From a virus (Duplodnaviria; Caudoviricetes), in the IMG/VR virus record IMGVR_UViG_3300020576_006930, positions 32,001 to 96,000 of that record: DNA of 64,000 bases. One strand, written 5' to 3'. Position 1 is the stretch's first letter. Every line of letters begins with the position of its first letter. A model generated the notes under the pieces. It made no database searches, was not told the DNA's origin, and saw only the letters and a list, made by a program, of their open reading frames with translations. A program made the position numbers and the translations under genes. Below are positions 35,408 to 44,832 of this stretch, one piece after another.

Positions 35408-35495
35408 CGCGGGAACAGGCCGGAAGATGCCATCGACGCTCATAACGTCGGTCTGAAAAGACTATGGTTGGTGTAACTCCAACTCTCCGCAACCA
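35408..35495 (+). tRNA. initiator-like tRNA-Met (CAT) with long variable arm
   Basis: C1:A72 mismatch, loop CTCATAA, variable arm GTCT-GAAA-AGAC; CCA. Confidence 0.75.
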
Positions 35496-35501
35496 ATTTT
35501 T

Positions 35502-35575
35502 GGGGTCATAGTATAATGGTATTACATCAGGCTGGCAGTCTGGTCATCAGAGTTCGATTCTCTGTGGCTCCACCA
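35502..35575 (+). tRNA. tRNA-Ala (GGC)
   Basis: G3:U70, loop CTGGCAG; CCA. Confidence 0.88.
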
Positions 35576-35584
35576 TTTTTATAT

Positions 35585-35658
35585 TGGGGATTGTTGTAAT
35601 GGAAGCAAAGTGCTCTCTGAAAGCAAAGGCGGTGGATCGATACCACCATCCCCAGCCA
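35585..35658 (+). tRNA. tRNA-Gln (CTG)
   Basis: U1:A72, loop CTCTGAA; CCA. Confidence 0.85.
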
Positions 35659-35822
35659 GTTTGTAACGGGCACGGTAAACATTCGGCGTCGTAAAGGATA
35701 CCAGCGCCAAAAACATCGGCAATAAGTAGGTTGTTAAGTTCAACTGAAGACGGTGGCAGGTTATCTCCGGCCTAAAGCGGAGTATGAGTTGGATATATTC
35801 CAACCCGTTGTTCGTTACATTT

Positions 35823-35910
35823 GGAAGGTTGCCAGACCGGTAATGGCTCAGCTTGGAAAGCTGATGGCTCCGTAACAGGAGAACAGGTTCAATTCCTGTA
35901 CCTTCCGCCA
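35823..35910 (+). tRNA. tRNA-Ser (GGA)
   Basis: Loop TTGGAAA, long variable arm; CCA. Confidence 0.9.
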
Positions 35911-35928
35911 ATTTGTAGTGGTAATTTT

Positions 35929-36016
35929 GGAAGGTTGGCTGAGTGGTAAAGCAATAGTTTCGAAAGCTATAGTCTCCGTAACAGGAGCGGGGGTTCGATC
36001 CCCTCACCTTCCGCCA
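35929..36016 (+). tRNA. tRNA-Ser (CGA)
   Basis: Loop TTCGAAA, long variable arm; CCA. Confidence 0.9.
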
Positions 36017-36021
36017 TTTTA

Positions 36022-36375
36022 ATGAAAAAATTACTAACCATTTCTTTTTTGATGATTATAACGTTCGTGGTTATGTCATCCAACGTCTTTGTCAATTGGG
36101 ATCACAGCGGCCTTCCTGATACCGTTTCGGGGTATAACATCTACTACGGGCCAAGTAATCATTACTATACCAATTTCGTAACCGTCGGTTATGTAACGAA
36201 TGTGGTTATTTCCAACATTCCAACCCCCGCTTATTTCTCAGGAAAAACCATTGCGCCGGATGGTTCGGAGTCGGCTTTCGGCAATGAGATTCGTTCCACT
36301 CCAATCCCAGCTAATACCTTACCCAGTATGGTTAGAGATTTTAGCATAAGCAAAGTCGCCGTAACTATTTATTGA
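36022..36375 (+). CDS. secreted fibronectin type III-like protein
   Basis: Signal peptide; WD...VSGYNIYYG...ES.F.NE. Confidence 0.75.
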   Translation: MKKLLTISFLMIITFVVMSSNVFVNWDHSGLPDTVSGYNIYYGPSNHYYTNFVTVGYVTNVVISNIPTPAYFSGKTIAPDGSESAFGNEIRSTPIPANTLPSMVRDFSISKVAVTIY

Positions 36376-36376
36376 T

Positions 36377-36733
36377 ATGAAGAAATTATTTTATGTTTTT
36401 GGTATATTGTTAATCGTGGCTGTCGCCATTGCGCAAACAGCTACTTACGATCTTTGGCTTACTTGGACGCCTAATCCGCCCCAGGAATTAGTCAGTGGTT
36501 ATCGTATTGAATATCAGAAAGCGCCTGTGGTTAATGCGTGGACATATTTTACGTGGGTACCGTCTTCAACGAACGGGATTGTAATCAAAAATCTTTCTCC
36601 GGGATATGTCTACAAATTCCGTGCCTTTGCTGTCAATGCGATAGGTGTCGGCACAAATCTTTCCAGCGTGGTTCAAATCCCAACTGAAATTCCCGGTTCC
36701 GTAATTAATTTTTCAAACAAAACCTCCCTTTAA
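36377..36733 (+). CDS. secreted fibronectin type III protein
   Basis: Signal peptide; LTWTP...GYRIEY...NLSPGYVYKFRAFAVN. Confidence 0.8.
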   Translation: MKKLFYVFGILLIVAVAIAQTATYDLWLTWTPNPPQELVSGYRIEYQKAPVVNAWTYFTWVPSSTNGIVIKNLSPGYVYKFRAFAVNAIGVGTNLSSVVQIPTEIPGSVINFSNKTSL

Positions 36734-36749
36734 TTGTTAAAAACAAGTT

Positions 36750-37037
36750 ATGTCTTCACCAAAAAGTTCTCTCTGTAGTTTAACGGTTGAAATTCAAAAC
36801 GAAATGGGCTTACACGCACGTCCCTCTGCGTCATTCGTCAAGGCAGCGAATGAGTTTAAGTCAGATATTTTCGTTGAAGTCGATGGGGAAAAGGTTAATG
36901 GTAAGAGCATCGTCGGACTATTAACCTTGGGCGCCGCGTGCGGAACCAAATTGACGATTTCCGCTGACGGGCCTGATGCTTTAGACGCATTAAAAAATCT
37001 TGAATCGTTAGTCAATAATAAGTTCAATGGGGTTTAA
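36750..37037 (+). CDS. ptsH: phosphocarrier protein HPr
   Basis: NEMGLHARPSA (His15) and NGKSIVGLLTLGA (Ser46). Confidence 0.92.
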   Translation: MSSPKSSLCSLTVEIQNEMGLHARPSASFVKAANEFKSDIFVEVDGEKVNGKSIVGLLTLGAACGTKLTISADGPDALDALKNLESLVNNKFNGV

Positions 37038-37081
37038 ATTAAATTGAGTATCTATTGGAAATAGACTACACTCTCTTTACT

Positions 37082-37750
37082 ATGATCGAAAAACCCAATC
37101 TCACCGAAGACGAATTAAAGCAAAATTACGACGAATTCATAAAGTTCATCGACGACACATTTACAGGAGAACGGCGTGAACGGTTAAAAAAGATGTATGC
37201 GGAAGAAGGTGGCTACGGCATTACAACTTTGATTGCTCCAGCTTCGATGGCCGAGCATTTCCACTACGCACATCCGGGAGGTTACTTACAACACATCATG
37301 CGGGTTATTAAATGCGCTCGGGGCATGAAAAAACTTTATCTTGTAATGGGCGGCACGGTTGATTTTACCGATGAGGAAATGGACTTCGCTGCGATGCATC
37401 ACGATCTTGGCAAATTGGGTGACCCGGAACTGGGAGAGTATTATGTTCGGGAGGACCAGGATTGGAAACGCCGCCGGGGTGAAATCTACAAGCTTAATCC
37501 CGAAATTCAGTATATGGATGCGGCCGACAGGTCAGTTTATGTTCTCCAACGATTCGGAATTACTTATACGTGGAAAGAATATCTTGGGATTAAACTAGCG
37601 GATGGTATGTACAAAGACGCTAACCAATCTTATCTCAAAACTTACAACAAAGATTTTTATCTCCGAACTAGCCTACCCAAGATTGTCCACGCGGCTGATT
37701 ATATGAGTTGCGCAGCGGAAATTGATCAATGGCGGAAATCCAGCGAGTAA
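37082..37750 (+). CDS. HD-domain phosphohydrolase
   Basis: APAS...H.AHPGG..QH; MHHDLGKLG; HAAD. Confidence 0.85.
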   Translation: MIEKPNLTEDELKQNYDEFIKFIDDTFTGERRERLKKMYAEEGGYGITTLIAPASMAEHFHYAHPGGYLQHIMRVIKCARGMKKLYLVMGGTVDFTDEEMDFAAMHHDLGKLGDPELGEYYVREDQDWKRRRGEIYKLNPEIQYMDAADRSVYVLQRFGITYTWKEYLGIKLADGMYKDANQSYLKTYNKDFYLRTSLPKIVHAADYMSCAAEIDQWRKSSE

Positions 37751-37752
37751 AT

Positions 37753-37935
37753 ATGGAACAGATTGTATACATAACACTATTGATTTCCGCAATTATCGTT
37801 TTGGCGATAATCGGCGGCAGAACAGGGGATGAAAAAATAAAGCAATTCCAAACCGAAGCGGTTGCATTAAATTTCGCAGAATACAATTCCACCAATGGTG
37901 TCTGGCAATGGAAAGCAGTTACAAACAAACCGTAA
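37753..37935 (+). CDS. small membrane protein
   Basis: N-terminal TM helix. Confidence 0.6.
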   Translation: MEQIVYITLLISAIIVLAIIGGRTGDEKIKQFQTEAVALNFAEYNSTNGVWQWKAVTNKP

Positions 37936-37944
37936 ATAAAAATT

Positions 37945-38211
37945 ATGTCAAAGAAAACCCCTAATGTATCAAAACCACCCGGCGCAGAGAGTTCTCCGTC
38001 GGAATTTCGTAATGAACCACGGTTTGAAGATCCTGTAAAATACGTTGTTGTTCGGAATGACCAACGGGTTTCGGATAACGAATACTCCGACCCCGACGAC
38101 TTCCGCGCCGATGATGAAAAGATCTTTTGGCAACGGGTAGTGACGAATTGGTCCCCTGGAGAAAAAGTGGAAATCGTCAAATTCAATAAAAAGAAACATC
38201 GCAACTGGTAA
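37945..38211 (+). CDS. hypothetical protein
   Basis: 88 aa. Confidence 0.7.
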   Translation: MSKKTPNVSKPPGAESSPSEFRNEPRFEDPVKYVVVRNDQRVSDNEYSDPDDFRADDEKIFWQRVVTNWSPGEKVEIVKFNKKKHRNW

Positions 38212-38213
38212 TT

Positions 38214-38480
38214 ATGAACACTGAGGAAAATTATACGACTACCAATCGGGAGGGGCAATCCGTCGCATATGCAGTTCCCGTCATTCGCCACGTTTGGAAA
38301 AGGAATAAAAAAGATTTGGTTTCAGAAATTCGTGGTAAAATTCGCAACGCACGGACCATTGCTGAAGTGAATGCATTTTTGGAAAAGAGTATCGCCGCTG
38401 CCCAATCTGCTACGCCGGCCGTTATCGCAAAATGGAAACGTGCCGCACAAATTCGTGTAGACGAACTTTTCGAAAAGTAA
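38214..38480 (+). CDS. hypothetical protein
   Basis: 88 aa. Confidence 0.7.
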   Translation: MNTEENYTTTNREGQSVAYAVPVIRHVWKRNKKDLVSEIRGKIRNARTIAEVNAFLEKSIAAAQSATPAVIAKWKRAAQIRVDELFEK

Positions 38481-38511
38481 AAAATAATTCAAATTTTTAA
38501 AAATAAAAAAC

Positions 38512-38540
38512 GAGCCGGACCGAAAGGTCCGGCTCTTTTG
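38512..38540 (+). terminator. intrinsic terminator
   Basis: GAGCCGGACC-GAAA-GGTCCGGCTC-TTTT. Confidence 0.85.
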
Positions 38541-38572
38541 TTTTGCTTCCTGATATTTATTGTTGTAGGGCT

Positions 38573-38920
38573 ATGGCACAAAAAAAGAAACAAGTCGAAC
38601 CCGTTCTTCAAAGCTATCCGCTCCCTTCAGCGGATGTGGAATTGAGAACATTTATCGATTCTAAAAAAGTCGATATGATGCAACAAACCGTTGCCTCCAT
38701 TGAATACGCACTTGATAACAATCTTCCTGTCGTCGAAATTTTCCAATTCACAGGATCGGAATTCGTCGTTATGCTTTCCGATAAAGATTTTCTTCCCAAC
38801 CTTGAACACATATACAATTATTATCTCAATCACGAGATGTATGAATTTTGTGGCAAGGTTTTGGGCTTGAAAAATAGATTAGGTCACACCATAAAACTTA
38901 ATGAAACGAAAACACATTGA
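38573..38920 (+). CDS. hypothetical protein
   Basis: Ends in a ...EMYEFC motif seen in large-phage proteins. Confidence 0.7.
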   Translation: MAQKKKQVEPVLQSYPLPSADVELRTFIDSKKVDMMQQTVASIEYALDNNLPVVEIFQFTGSEFVVMLSDKDFLPNLEHIYNYYLNHEMYEFCGKVLGLKNRLGHTIKLNETKTH

Positions 38921-39632
38921 ACCAGGTTCGGCGGAGGACAATAGTCCTCTGATTCCTCAAAGGTCAAAACTCCGTTGTCCGTTATCCATATATAAAAGGG
39001 AATTTACTCCAAAACAAAAAGAGTTTCTGAGCATTGCCTGTGACAAAAACACTAAACTAATGTTTGTCACAGGGCCTGCCGGAACATCTAAAACCTATCT
39101 ATCCGTATTTGTGGCTCTGACGCTTATCTCCGAGCGCCGTGTCAGCGATCTGGTTTATGTCCGAAGCATCGTCGAAAGTTCTGATTCCAAAATGGGTTAT
39201 CTTCCGGGAGAAACAAACGAAAAGCTTGCGCCTTATTTACAACCTTTAGTCGATAAAATGACGGAGTTGTTGCCGAAAACTGACATTGATCTTCTTAAAA
39301 AAGAAGAAAGAGTGTGTGGATTGCCAGTTGGGTTTTTGCGAGGGTTGAACTGGAATGCCAAGGCAATCATCTCTGACGAATCCCAGAACTTGACGATGAA
39401 GGAGCTTATAACCCTCTTAACAAGAATCGGAGAGTTTTCCAAGGTTTTTATAATTGGGGATCCCGAGCAATCGGATATCAACGGAAAAAGTGGATTTGTC
39501 AAAATGGTAAGTATCTTTGACGATGAAGAAAGTAAAAAGGAAGGAATTCACGTCTTTCGCTTTACCGACGACGATAATGTTCGTAGTGCTCTTTCCCGGT
39601 TTATTAACAAAAAGATTAAGAAAGCTAATTGA
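38901..39632 (+). CDS. phoH: PhoH-like ATPase
   Basis: GPAGTSKT, GYLPG, FLRG, DESQN, LTRIGE, GDPEQSDI. Confidence 0.92.
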   Translation: MKRKHIEPGSAEDNSPLIPQRSKLRCPLSIYKREFTPKQKEFLSIACDKNTKLMFVTGPAGTSKTYLSVFVALTLISERRVSDLVYVRSIVESSDSKMGYLPGETNEKLAPYLQPLVDKMTELLPKTDIDLLKKEERVCGLPVGFLRGLNWNAKAIISDESQNLTMKELITLLTRIGEFSKVFIIGDPEQSDINGKSGFVKMVSIFDDEESKKEGIHVFRFTDDDNVRSALSRFINKKIKKAN

Positions 39633-39667
39633 ACACTCTATTTATGATTATGCTACCCGCATAGTCT

Positions 39668-40876
39668 ATGAGCAATAAGAGGATAACCGAATTAGTTACA
39701 ATAAATCGAGCTGAAATTTCTGGAGATGACAGAGTGCCCTTGGCTGATGTCAGTGTTCCAGAAACAAAACAGATGACAATGACGGATCTGGCAAGCTGGG
39801 TCGCATACAGCGCCAGCCTGACCGTTCAATCCGCATCCTATTCTAATTCGGCGTCATTTCTTATTTTTAGAGGTATGGGTGCCAATTCAAATGGCACGGC
39901 CTCTTTCTCAATCTCATCAAGCTGGGCCTATTTAGCCTATAGCGCATCGTTTGTTATTTCCGCTTCCCGAGCGACGACTTCCTCCTATGCTTTGACCTGT
40001 TCTTATTTCGATGGAACGATTAGTGGGGCGTTTAGTGTAGCGTCGGCGAACACCTCATCTTTCTTGTCTTACGGCGGTTATCCCAACGGCACCGCCTCTT
40101 CCGCAATCAGCTCATCCCGCGCTTTACAAGCCGACACCGCTTCGTATGTTTCGTGGTTCGGTAACAATGTGGATAACGGTACTGTTTATCGTTCCGTTTC
40201 CGCTTCCTTCGCCTCCACCGCGTCTGTGTTGGTTGGTAGCGGCGGTACAATCTCCGCAACCGCGTCTTGGGCCGGACGGGCAGTATCCGCTTCCTTTTTA
40301 ACTTTCACCTCTGATTTTGGGGCGGGGAACAATGGCACAGCTTCGCATGCGCGTTACGCTTATTCCGCCAGCACTGCTGCGGCGGTTACCAACGTCGTCA
40401 ACTCAAACATTTATCGTGAATGGGGTCCAATAACCTCTAGCATAATCGGCACCGCAACCATAGCGACCACCGCTTCTTTTGGTTATATTCAGGTTAGCGG
40501 TTCTGGCGCAAAGATTGTTGTCGAAGCCTGGGGCGATGTCAATGTGCCAATGTCCAGTAGCATTAATTATAGCGGCTCTATTCGTTTGGATTTGTCGGAG
40601 AGTTTTTCAGCTTATTATCAATTGGATGAATCGAAATTTCAAAATTACTACACGGGTTCGGATGTTGGGTTGGCTAGCCATTTCAATACAGGATCTGTCA
40701 TCCGCCGTTTCTATTTAAAGGGCTATACCACTAATGCTGCTTCTGCGGGAGGCCTACACCGTTATCAAATTGGCGCATATGTTAGTAATGGTTTATCATT
40801 CGTCACCGGCAGTAATGTTTGGTCGGGCGTGAGATGTAGCCTCAAGGTTAATACTGACAATGTCGTAACCGAATAA
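39668..40876 (+). CDS. Ser/Ala-rich tail fibre-like virion protein
   Basis: KRITEL N-terminal attachment motif; repeated SASF/NGTAS motifs. Confidence 0.65.
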   Translation: MSNKRITELVTINRAEISGDDRVPLADVSVPETKQMTMTDLASWVAYSASLTVQSASYSNSASFLIFRGMGANSNGTASFSISSSWAYLAYSASFVISASRATTSSYALTCSYFDGTISGAFSVASANTSSFLSYGGYPNGTASSAISSSRALQADTASYVSWFGNNVDNGTVYRSVSASFASTASVLVGSGGTISATASWAGRAVSASFLTFTSDFGAGNNGTASHARYAYSASTAAAVTNVVNSNIYREWGPITSSIIGTATIATTASFGYIQVSGSGAKIVVEAWGDVNVPMSSSINYSGSIRLDLSESFSAYYQLDESKFQNYYTGSDVGLASHFNTGSVIRRFYLKGYTTNAASAGGLHRYQIGAYVSNGLSFVTGSNVWSGVRCSLKVNTDNVVTE

Positions 40877-40883
40877 TAAATTT

Positions 40884-42500
40884 ATGCCATCTGTAAAAAT
40901 AAGCCAACTGCGTGACCTACCGTTGATTTCCAGCGATGATTTTTTCCCACTTGTTGACAGCGGTTCGTTAACAACCTATCACGCCGATTTCAATGATGTC
41001 AATGCTTGGTTAAAACTTTATGGTTCTGCTTCTTGGGCCACCAGCTCAATTAGCTCATCCTACGCACGGACCTCAAGTTTTTCTATATCCTCTTCGTGGG
41101 CGCCGGCGGGAGCAATCCAGACAACCGTCTTGTCTGCTTCCTGGGCATCTAGCTCAATCAGCGCTTCATTCGCATTAACCGCCAGCAATCTAAAAGGTTT
41201 TGGTACGTCTAGTGAACAGACGATGATCATCAGCACCTCACTGGTCCTGGCCGCGGACGCTGGAATGTTATTGCCCAGAAAGAGTTATATTCTACAAAGT
41301 CAGGAAGGCCTTGCGGCAAATTCATTGTTTTTTAATAAAAATTATGGTATCGAATCTTCAGTCATTTCCAATGACTTTGGTCGAATATTTTACATTGAAA
41401 ATCCAGTGGATTCAGGTCGATTGGTCATCGAATTGGGAGATAATACCGATTCGACTGCTTCCATGGGCCCAAGCATCGATGTTATTTCTAGAACCAACCC
41501 TGGATTTTTATTTTCCACCCAAAATATCAATATCACCGCCGCGACTTCAAGTTTGTTGTTTTTGAGAACGGATGGGACATTATACGGTAGGGTGTTCGAA
41601 GGTCGTGAATTTTCTGCGAGCTTCCTAGCCAACCGCGTTGGGTTTTATGGCACGGCAAGTTGTGCGGTTACGGCTTCATATGTGGCTAATCTACCAACCG
41701 CTGCGGCGAATGTCACCCCAGCTTTTGTCAAGAATTTGTCAATTCGGCCTAACTGGACACCATACGACGCAAGCAATGTTCCAATTAGTATTGCCCTTGA
41801 TGAAGTCATTGTGCGGGATACCTCATCACCCTCCAATACCAAACGTTTATCCTCCGATAGTTATACGCTTACCTTTACCAATAATCGTGGTTCATCAGGT
41901 GCGGGTGGCATAATTGGAGCGTTCACCCAAAATCTGTGGTATGATATTTGGATTATTTACAATTCCGGCACGGACACCGTATCCTCCGCCATTATTTCTA
42001 GTGGCGCAACACCAAAAGCCAGCGCATTAGCCACGGTGTTAGCCGGCGCTGCGGGATATGATTACGGAATACGGATCGGTTCGGTGTTGGACGAAAATTC
42101 CATCGCTTGGCGTCAGTGGTATGAATATGGCTTCCAGACAATGTGGGCATATCGTAAACCTATGCCAACTGCCATCGGAGTTGCGAATGGGTTTAATGTC
42201 ACACATTATTTAAATACCGCGCCAAGGAATGTCCAAGTCAAACTTAAAGTGAAATCGATGGATTCGACGATGGTTAGTAACGGTTTCGCTGTTGGTGACG
42301 AAGTAAGTTCAGACGATTTTATCAATGACTATAATGGCGGTGACGTGGAAATTCAGTCATTCTTGACGATGACGACGGATTCAACCCTCAAGTTTAGCTG
42401 GGTTTATCAGGAAAACGGTTGGAAAGTATCTTCGCCGACTGGATATTGGTTCGCCACTTCACCCAGCTATTGGGATGTGTTGATTTATTCTTGGATATAA
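40884..42500 (+). CDS. tail fibre-like virion protein
   Basis: VKISQL...DDFFPLVDS N-terminus; SASWAS repeats. Confidence 0.65.
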   Translation: MPSVKISQLRDLPLISSDDFFPLVDSGSLTTYHADFNDVNAWLKLYGSASWATSSISSSYARTSSFSISSSWAPAGAIQTTVLSASWASSSISASFALTASNLKGFGTSSEQTMIISTSLVLAADAGMLLPRKSYILQSQEGLAANSLFFNKNYGIESSVISNDFGRIFYIENPVDSGRLVIELGDNTDSTASMGPSIDVISRTNPGFLFSTQNINITAATSSLLFLRTDGTLYGRVFEGREFSASFLANRVGFYGTASCAVTASYVANLPTAAANVTPAFVKNLSIRPNWTPYDASNVPISIALDEVIVRDTSSPSNTKRLSSDSYTLTFTNNRGSSGAGGIIGAFTQNLWYDIWIIYNSGTDTVSSAIISSGATPKASALATVLAGAAGYDYGIRIGSVLDENSIAWRQWYEYGFQTMWAYRKPMPTAIGVANGFNVTHYLNTAPRNVQVKLKVKSMDSTMVSNGFAVGDEVSSDDFINDYNGGDVEIQSFLTMTTDSTLKFSWVYQENGWKVSSPTGYWFATSPSYWDVLIYSWI

Positions 42501-42626
42501 AAAATAGACATTATTGTAGAAGTTTTGTATATTTATTTCCAGACGATGATCGTCTAGGTAATTGTCTCTTATGAGAAATTGCCATTTTTAACAGACAACT
42601 TTTGTTGTTAAAATAAGGAGTAACAT

Positions 42627-43100
42627 ATGAACAATAATGTAATCAGATATAGCCCCCAATCCCTTAACCGTGAAGAATTCTTGACCCCATTTTCATCATT
42701 ATTTGATGAATTTTTTAACAGTTCTTTTCCAGATTTTACTTTGGGAAAAGAGTTTTTTGAAAGTGGAGCATACCCAAAAGTTGACGTGCGCAATGAAGAT
42801 ACGCAGATTGTCATTGAAGCGGAAGTTCCTGGAGTCAAAAAAGAACAACTTTCCATTGAACTAAAAAATGGAATCCTCTCCATTAAAGGAGATAAACAAG
42901 ACTCTTCGGGAAAATCTTCAAAGAATTATATTCACAAAGAATTGAAACGTTCTGCTTTTTGTCGTTCGTTTACTCTCGGAGACATTGTTGATGGAGAAAG
43001 TATTAATGCAAAATTTGAAAATGGGATTCTTGAAATAACCTTAAAGAAATTAAATCCGACTCCGCTGGAGGAAGGGATAAAGAAAATAGAAATAAAATAA
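42627..43100 (+). CDS. Hsp20/alpha-crystallin small heat-shock protein
   Basis: PKVDV...AEVPGV...FCRSFTL...AKFENGILEITL. Confidence 0.92.
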   Translation: MNNNVIRYSPQSLNREEFLTPFSSLFDEFFNSSFPDFTLGKEFFESGAYPKVDVRNEDTQIVIEAEVPGVKKEQLSIELKNGILSIKGDKQDSSGKSSKNYIHKELKRSAFCRSFTLGDIVDGESINAKFENGILEITLKKLNPTPLEEGIKKIEIK

Positions 43101-43120
43101 TCTGTAGTTTGAAGTAGTGT

Positions 43121-43150
43121 AGAGCCCCATCGAAAGGTGGGGCTCTTTAT
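43121..43150 (+). terminator. intrinsic terminator
   Basis: AGAGCCCCAT/GTGGGGCTCT followed by TTATTTT. Confidence 0.8.
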
Positions 43151-43173
43151 TTTTGCCGTCATATATATGTTTT

Positions 43174-44049
43174 ATGAAAGATAAACTACTACCACATACC
43201 CATTTTCCTATGATCGTGGGTCTCACCGCCTTGGCCATTGCGATTTGCGCCGCTGGGTTTTCCGTCTATGGAATCGCCACCTTATTTGCCGGAGCGGCCG
43301 TTTCCGTTGCGGTTATGGCTGGGACTTTGGAATTTGGAAAACTTGTGGTAACGACTTATTTATATCGTTACTGGAACAAGATTGGGTTTGGCTTTAAAAC
43401 CTATCTGACCCTTTCCGTTTTAATCCTAATGGTCATAACTTCGCTAGGTATTTTTGGGTTTTTAAGTTCCGCATATCAGGCCAGTTCTTTAGCGTATAAC
43501 CTAAATCAGAGCAAGATCCAACAGATTGAAACGCAGAAGTCTTTTCACAACGACACCATCACGGCAGCCAATTCAAGGATTGCTATTTTAAACCAAATCC
43601 GCAATGGGCAGGAAGCTAGGCTAAGTGAGGCCCAGACCAACGCTTTCATCAGTCGCAATCCGATTCAATTAGCTCAGTTACAAAATCAAACCGGAGAAAT
43701 GATCAAGCAAGCGAATGAGGAAATTAAGGAAAAAAACCAATTAATAGAAACGGAACGGAAAGCGTTACAAAACATTGATCAACAAACGACGGAGTTAAAA
43801 ATTGCGGCCAGTGGGAAAAAGGATATTCAAACTCTAAAATACGTCGCCGATCAACTTGGATGGGAATTGGATCGGGTCGCTTTTTGGTTTATGTTAGCGA
43901 TCATTTTTGTTTTTGACCCCCTTGCCATAGCTTTGATCCTGGCCTATAACGTCGCGATATTCCGACGGGAATCATTGGAGGTTTTAAAACCGGAAACTCC
44001 AAAACAGGAAAAAGAGCTATTATTGGATTCTGACTCAAAAAAAGCTTAA
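43174..44049 (+). CDS. multi-TM coiled-coil phage membrane protein; predicted -1 frameshift extension to 44243
   Basis: FSVYGIATLFAGA, LMVITSLGIFGFLS, IIFVFDPLAIAL; A-AAA-AAA at 44037 followed by a pseudoknot. Confidence 0.85.
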   Translation: MKDKLLPHTHFPMIVGLTALAIAICAAGFSVYGIATLFAGAAVSVAVMAGTLEFGKLVVTTYLYRYWNKIGFGFKTYLTLSVLILMVITSLGIFGFLSSAYQASSLAYNLNQSKIQQIETQKSFHNDTITAANSRIAILNQIRNGQEARLSEAQTNAFISRNPIQLAQLQNQTGEMIKQANEEIKEKNQLIETERKALQNIDQQTTELKIAASGKKDIQTLKYVADQLGWELDRVAFWFMLAIIFVFDPLAIALILAYNVAIFRRESLEVLKPETPKQEKELLLDSDSKKA

Positions 44050-44366
44050 CGCCGGAAACTCCGCCGGCGGTTATAAAAATTCCGGAGATGGTTGAAATGG
44101 AAGTAACAGGATCTTGTCCATTGATAGAAGATTCCTATGAAATGGACCCTACTTTAGAACCACCTGATGCCGGCGCGATGCAAAAATCTTCACAACCATT
44201 TCACGATCCGTTCTTTGACGCATATTTTAAAAGAAATAATTAATGAATAATGTCTTGACAACATTATCTAATAGTACTAAAATATATTCGTAATAATCAA
44301 ATTGTTTTGATTTTGCAGAGAAGAGAAACTATATATCGTATTGAATCCAAGACGGATTCGCAAATT

Positions 44367-44513
44367 ATGGATTTATCTGATATTCAATATCTAATAGAGT
44401 TGCTCGAATCTGCAATTCATAGTCAAGACTGGGATAATGTTCAAGAAGCTTTGGAGTTCCTTAAAGAAGCTAATGATGAAAATTCCTCCCTTGACGTGGA
44501 TGACAGAGATTAA
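44367..44513 (+). CDS. small acidic hypothetical protein
   Basis: MDLSDIQYLIELLE... Confidence 0.55.
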   Translation: MDLSDIQYLIELLESAIHSQDWDNVQEALEFLKEANDENSSLDVDDRD

Positions 44514-44518
44514 CAACT

Positions 44519-44821
44519 ATGCTAGCGACAATTATAATTCTATCAATTCTTCTCCTTATTTTTGCCACCGCGTTTGTATCCGTGTGTTTTATCGCCCGTG
44601 CCCAATATAATCGAGCGAAACAATACGCAGCGTTATTAGACGACTATGACGTGATACTAGATGAGTTCGGCGAAGATGTTTTGACGACTTACCAACATAT
44701 GAAAACCATTGACGATAAAAAATGGTTTGAATCGGACGACGATGTTGGGAATGTTTTTCAAGATTTGGTGAAAATTATTGAGAAGTTTAATGAGAAGACG
44801 CAAGCTAAACTAGAAAGATAA
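44519..44821 (+). CDS. membrane-anchored hypothetical protein
   Basis: N-terminal TM helix; ID..WFESDDDVG. Confidence 0.75.
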   Translation: MLATIIILSILLLIFATAFVSVCFIARAQYNRAKQYAALLDDYDVILDEFGEDVLTTYQHMKTIDDKKWFESDDDVGNVFQDLVKIIEKFNEKTQAKLER

Positions 44822-44832
44822 ACCCACTTCTT

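Noticed and set aside
32075-36007. Many short ORFs on both strands across the tRNA island (also 15911, 16018, 19662, 25647, 26033)
   Set aside because: They are translations of tRNA or ncRNA sequence.
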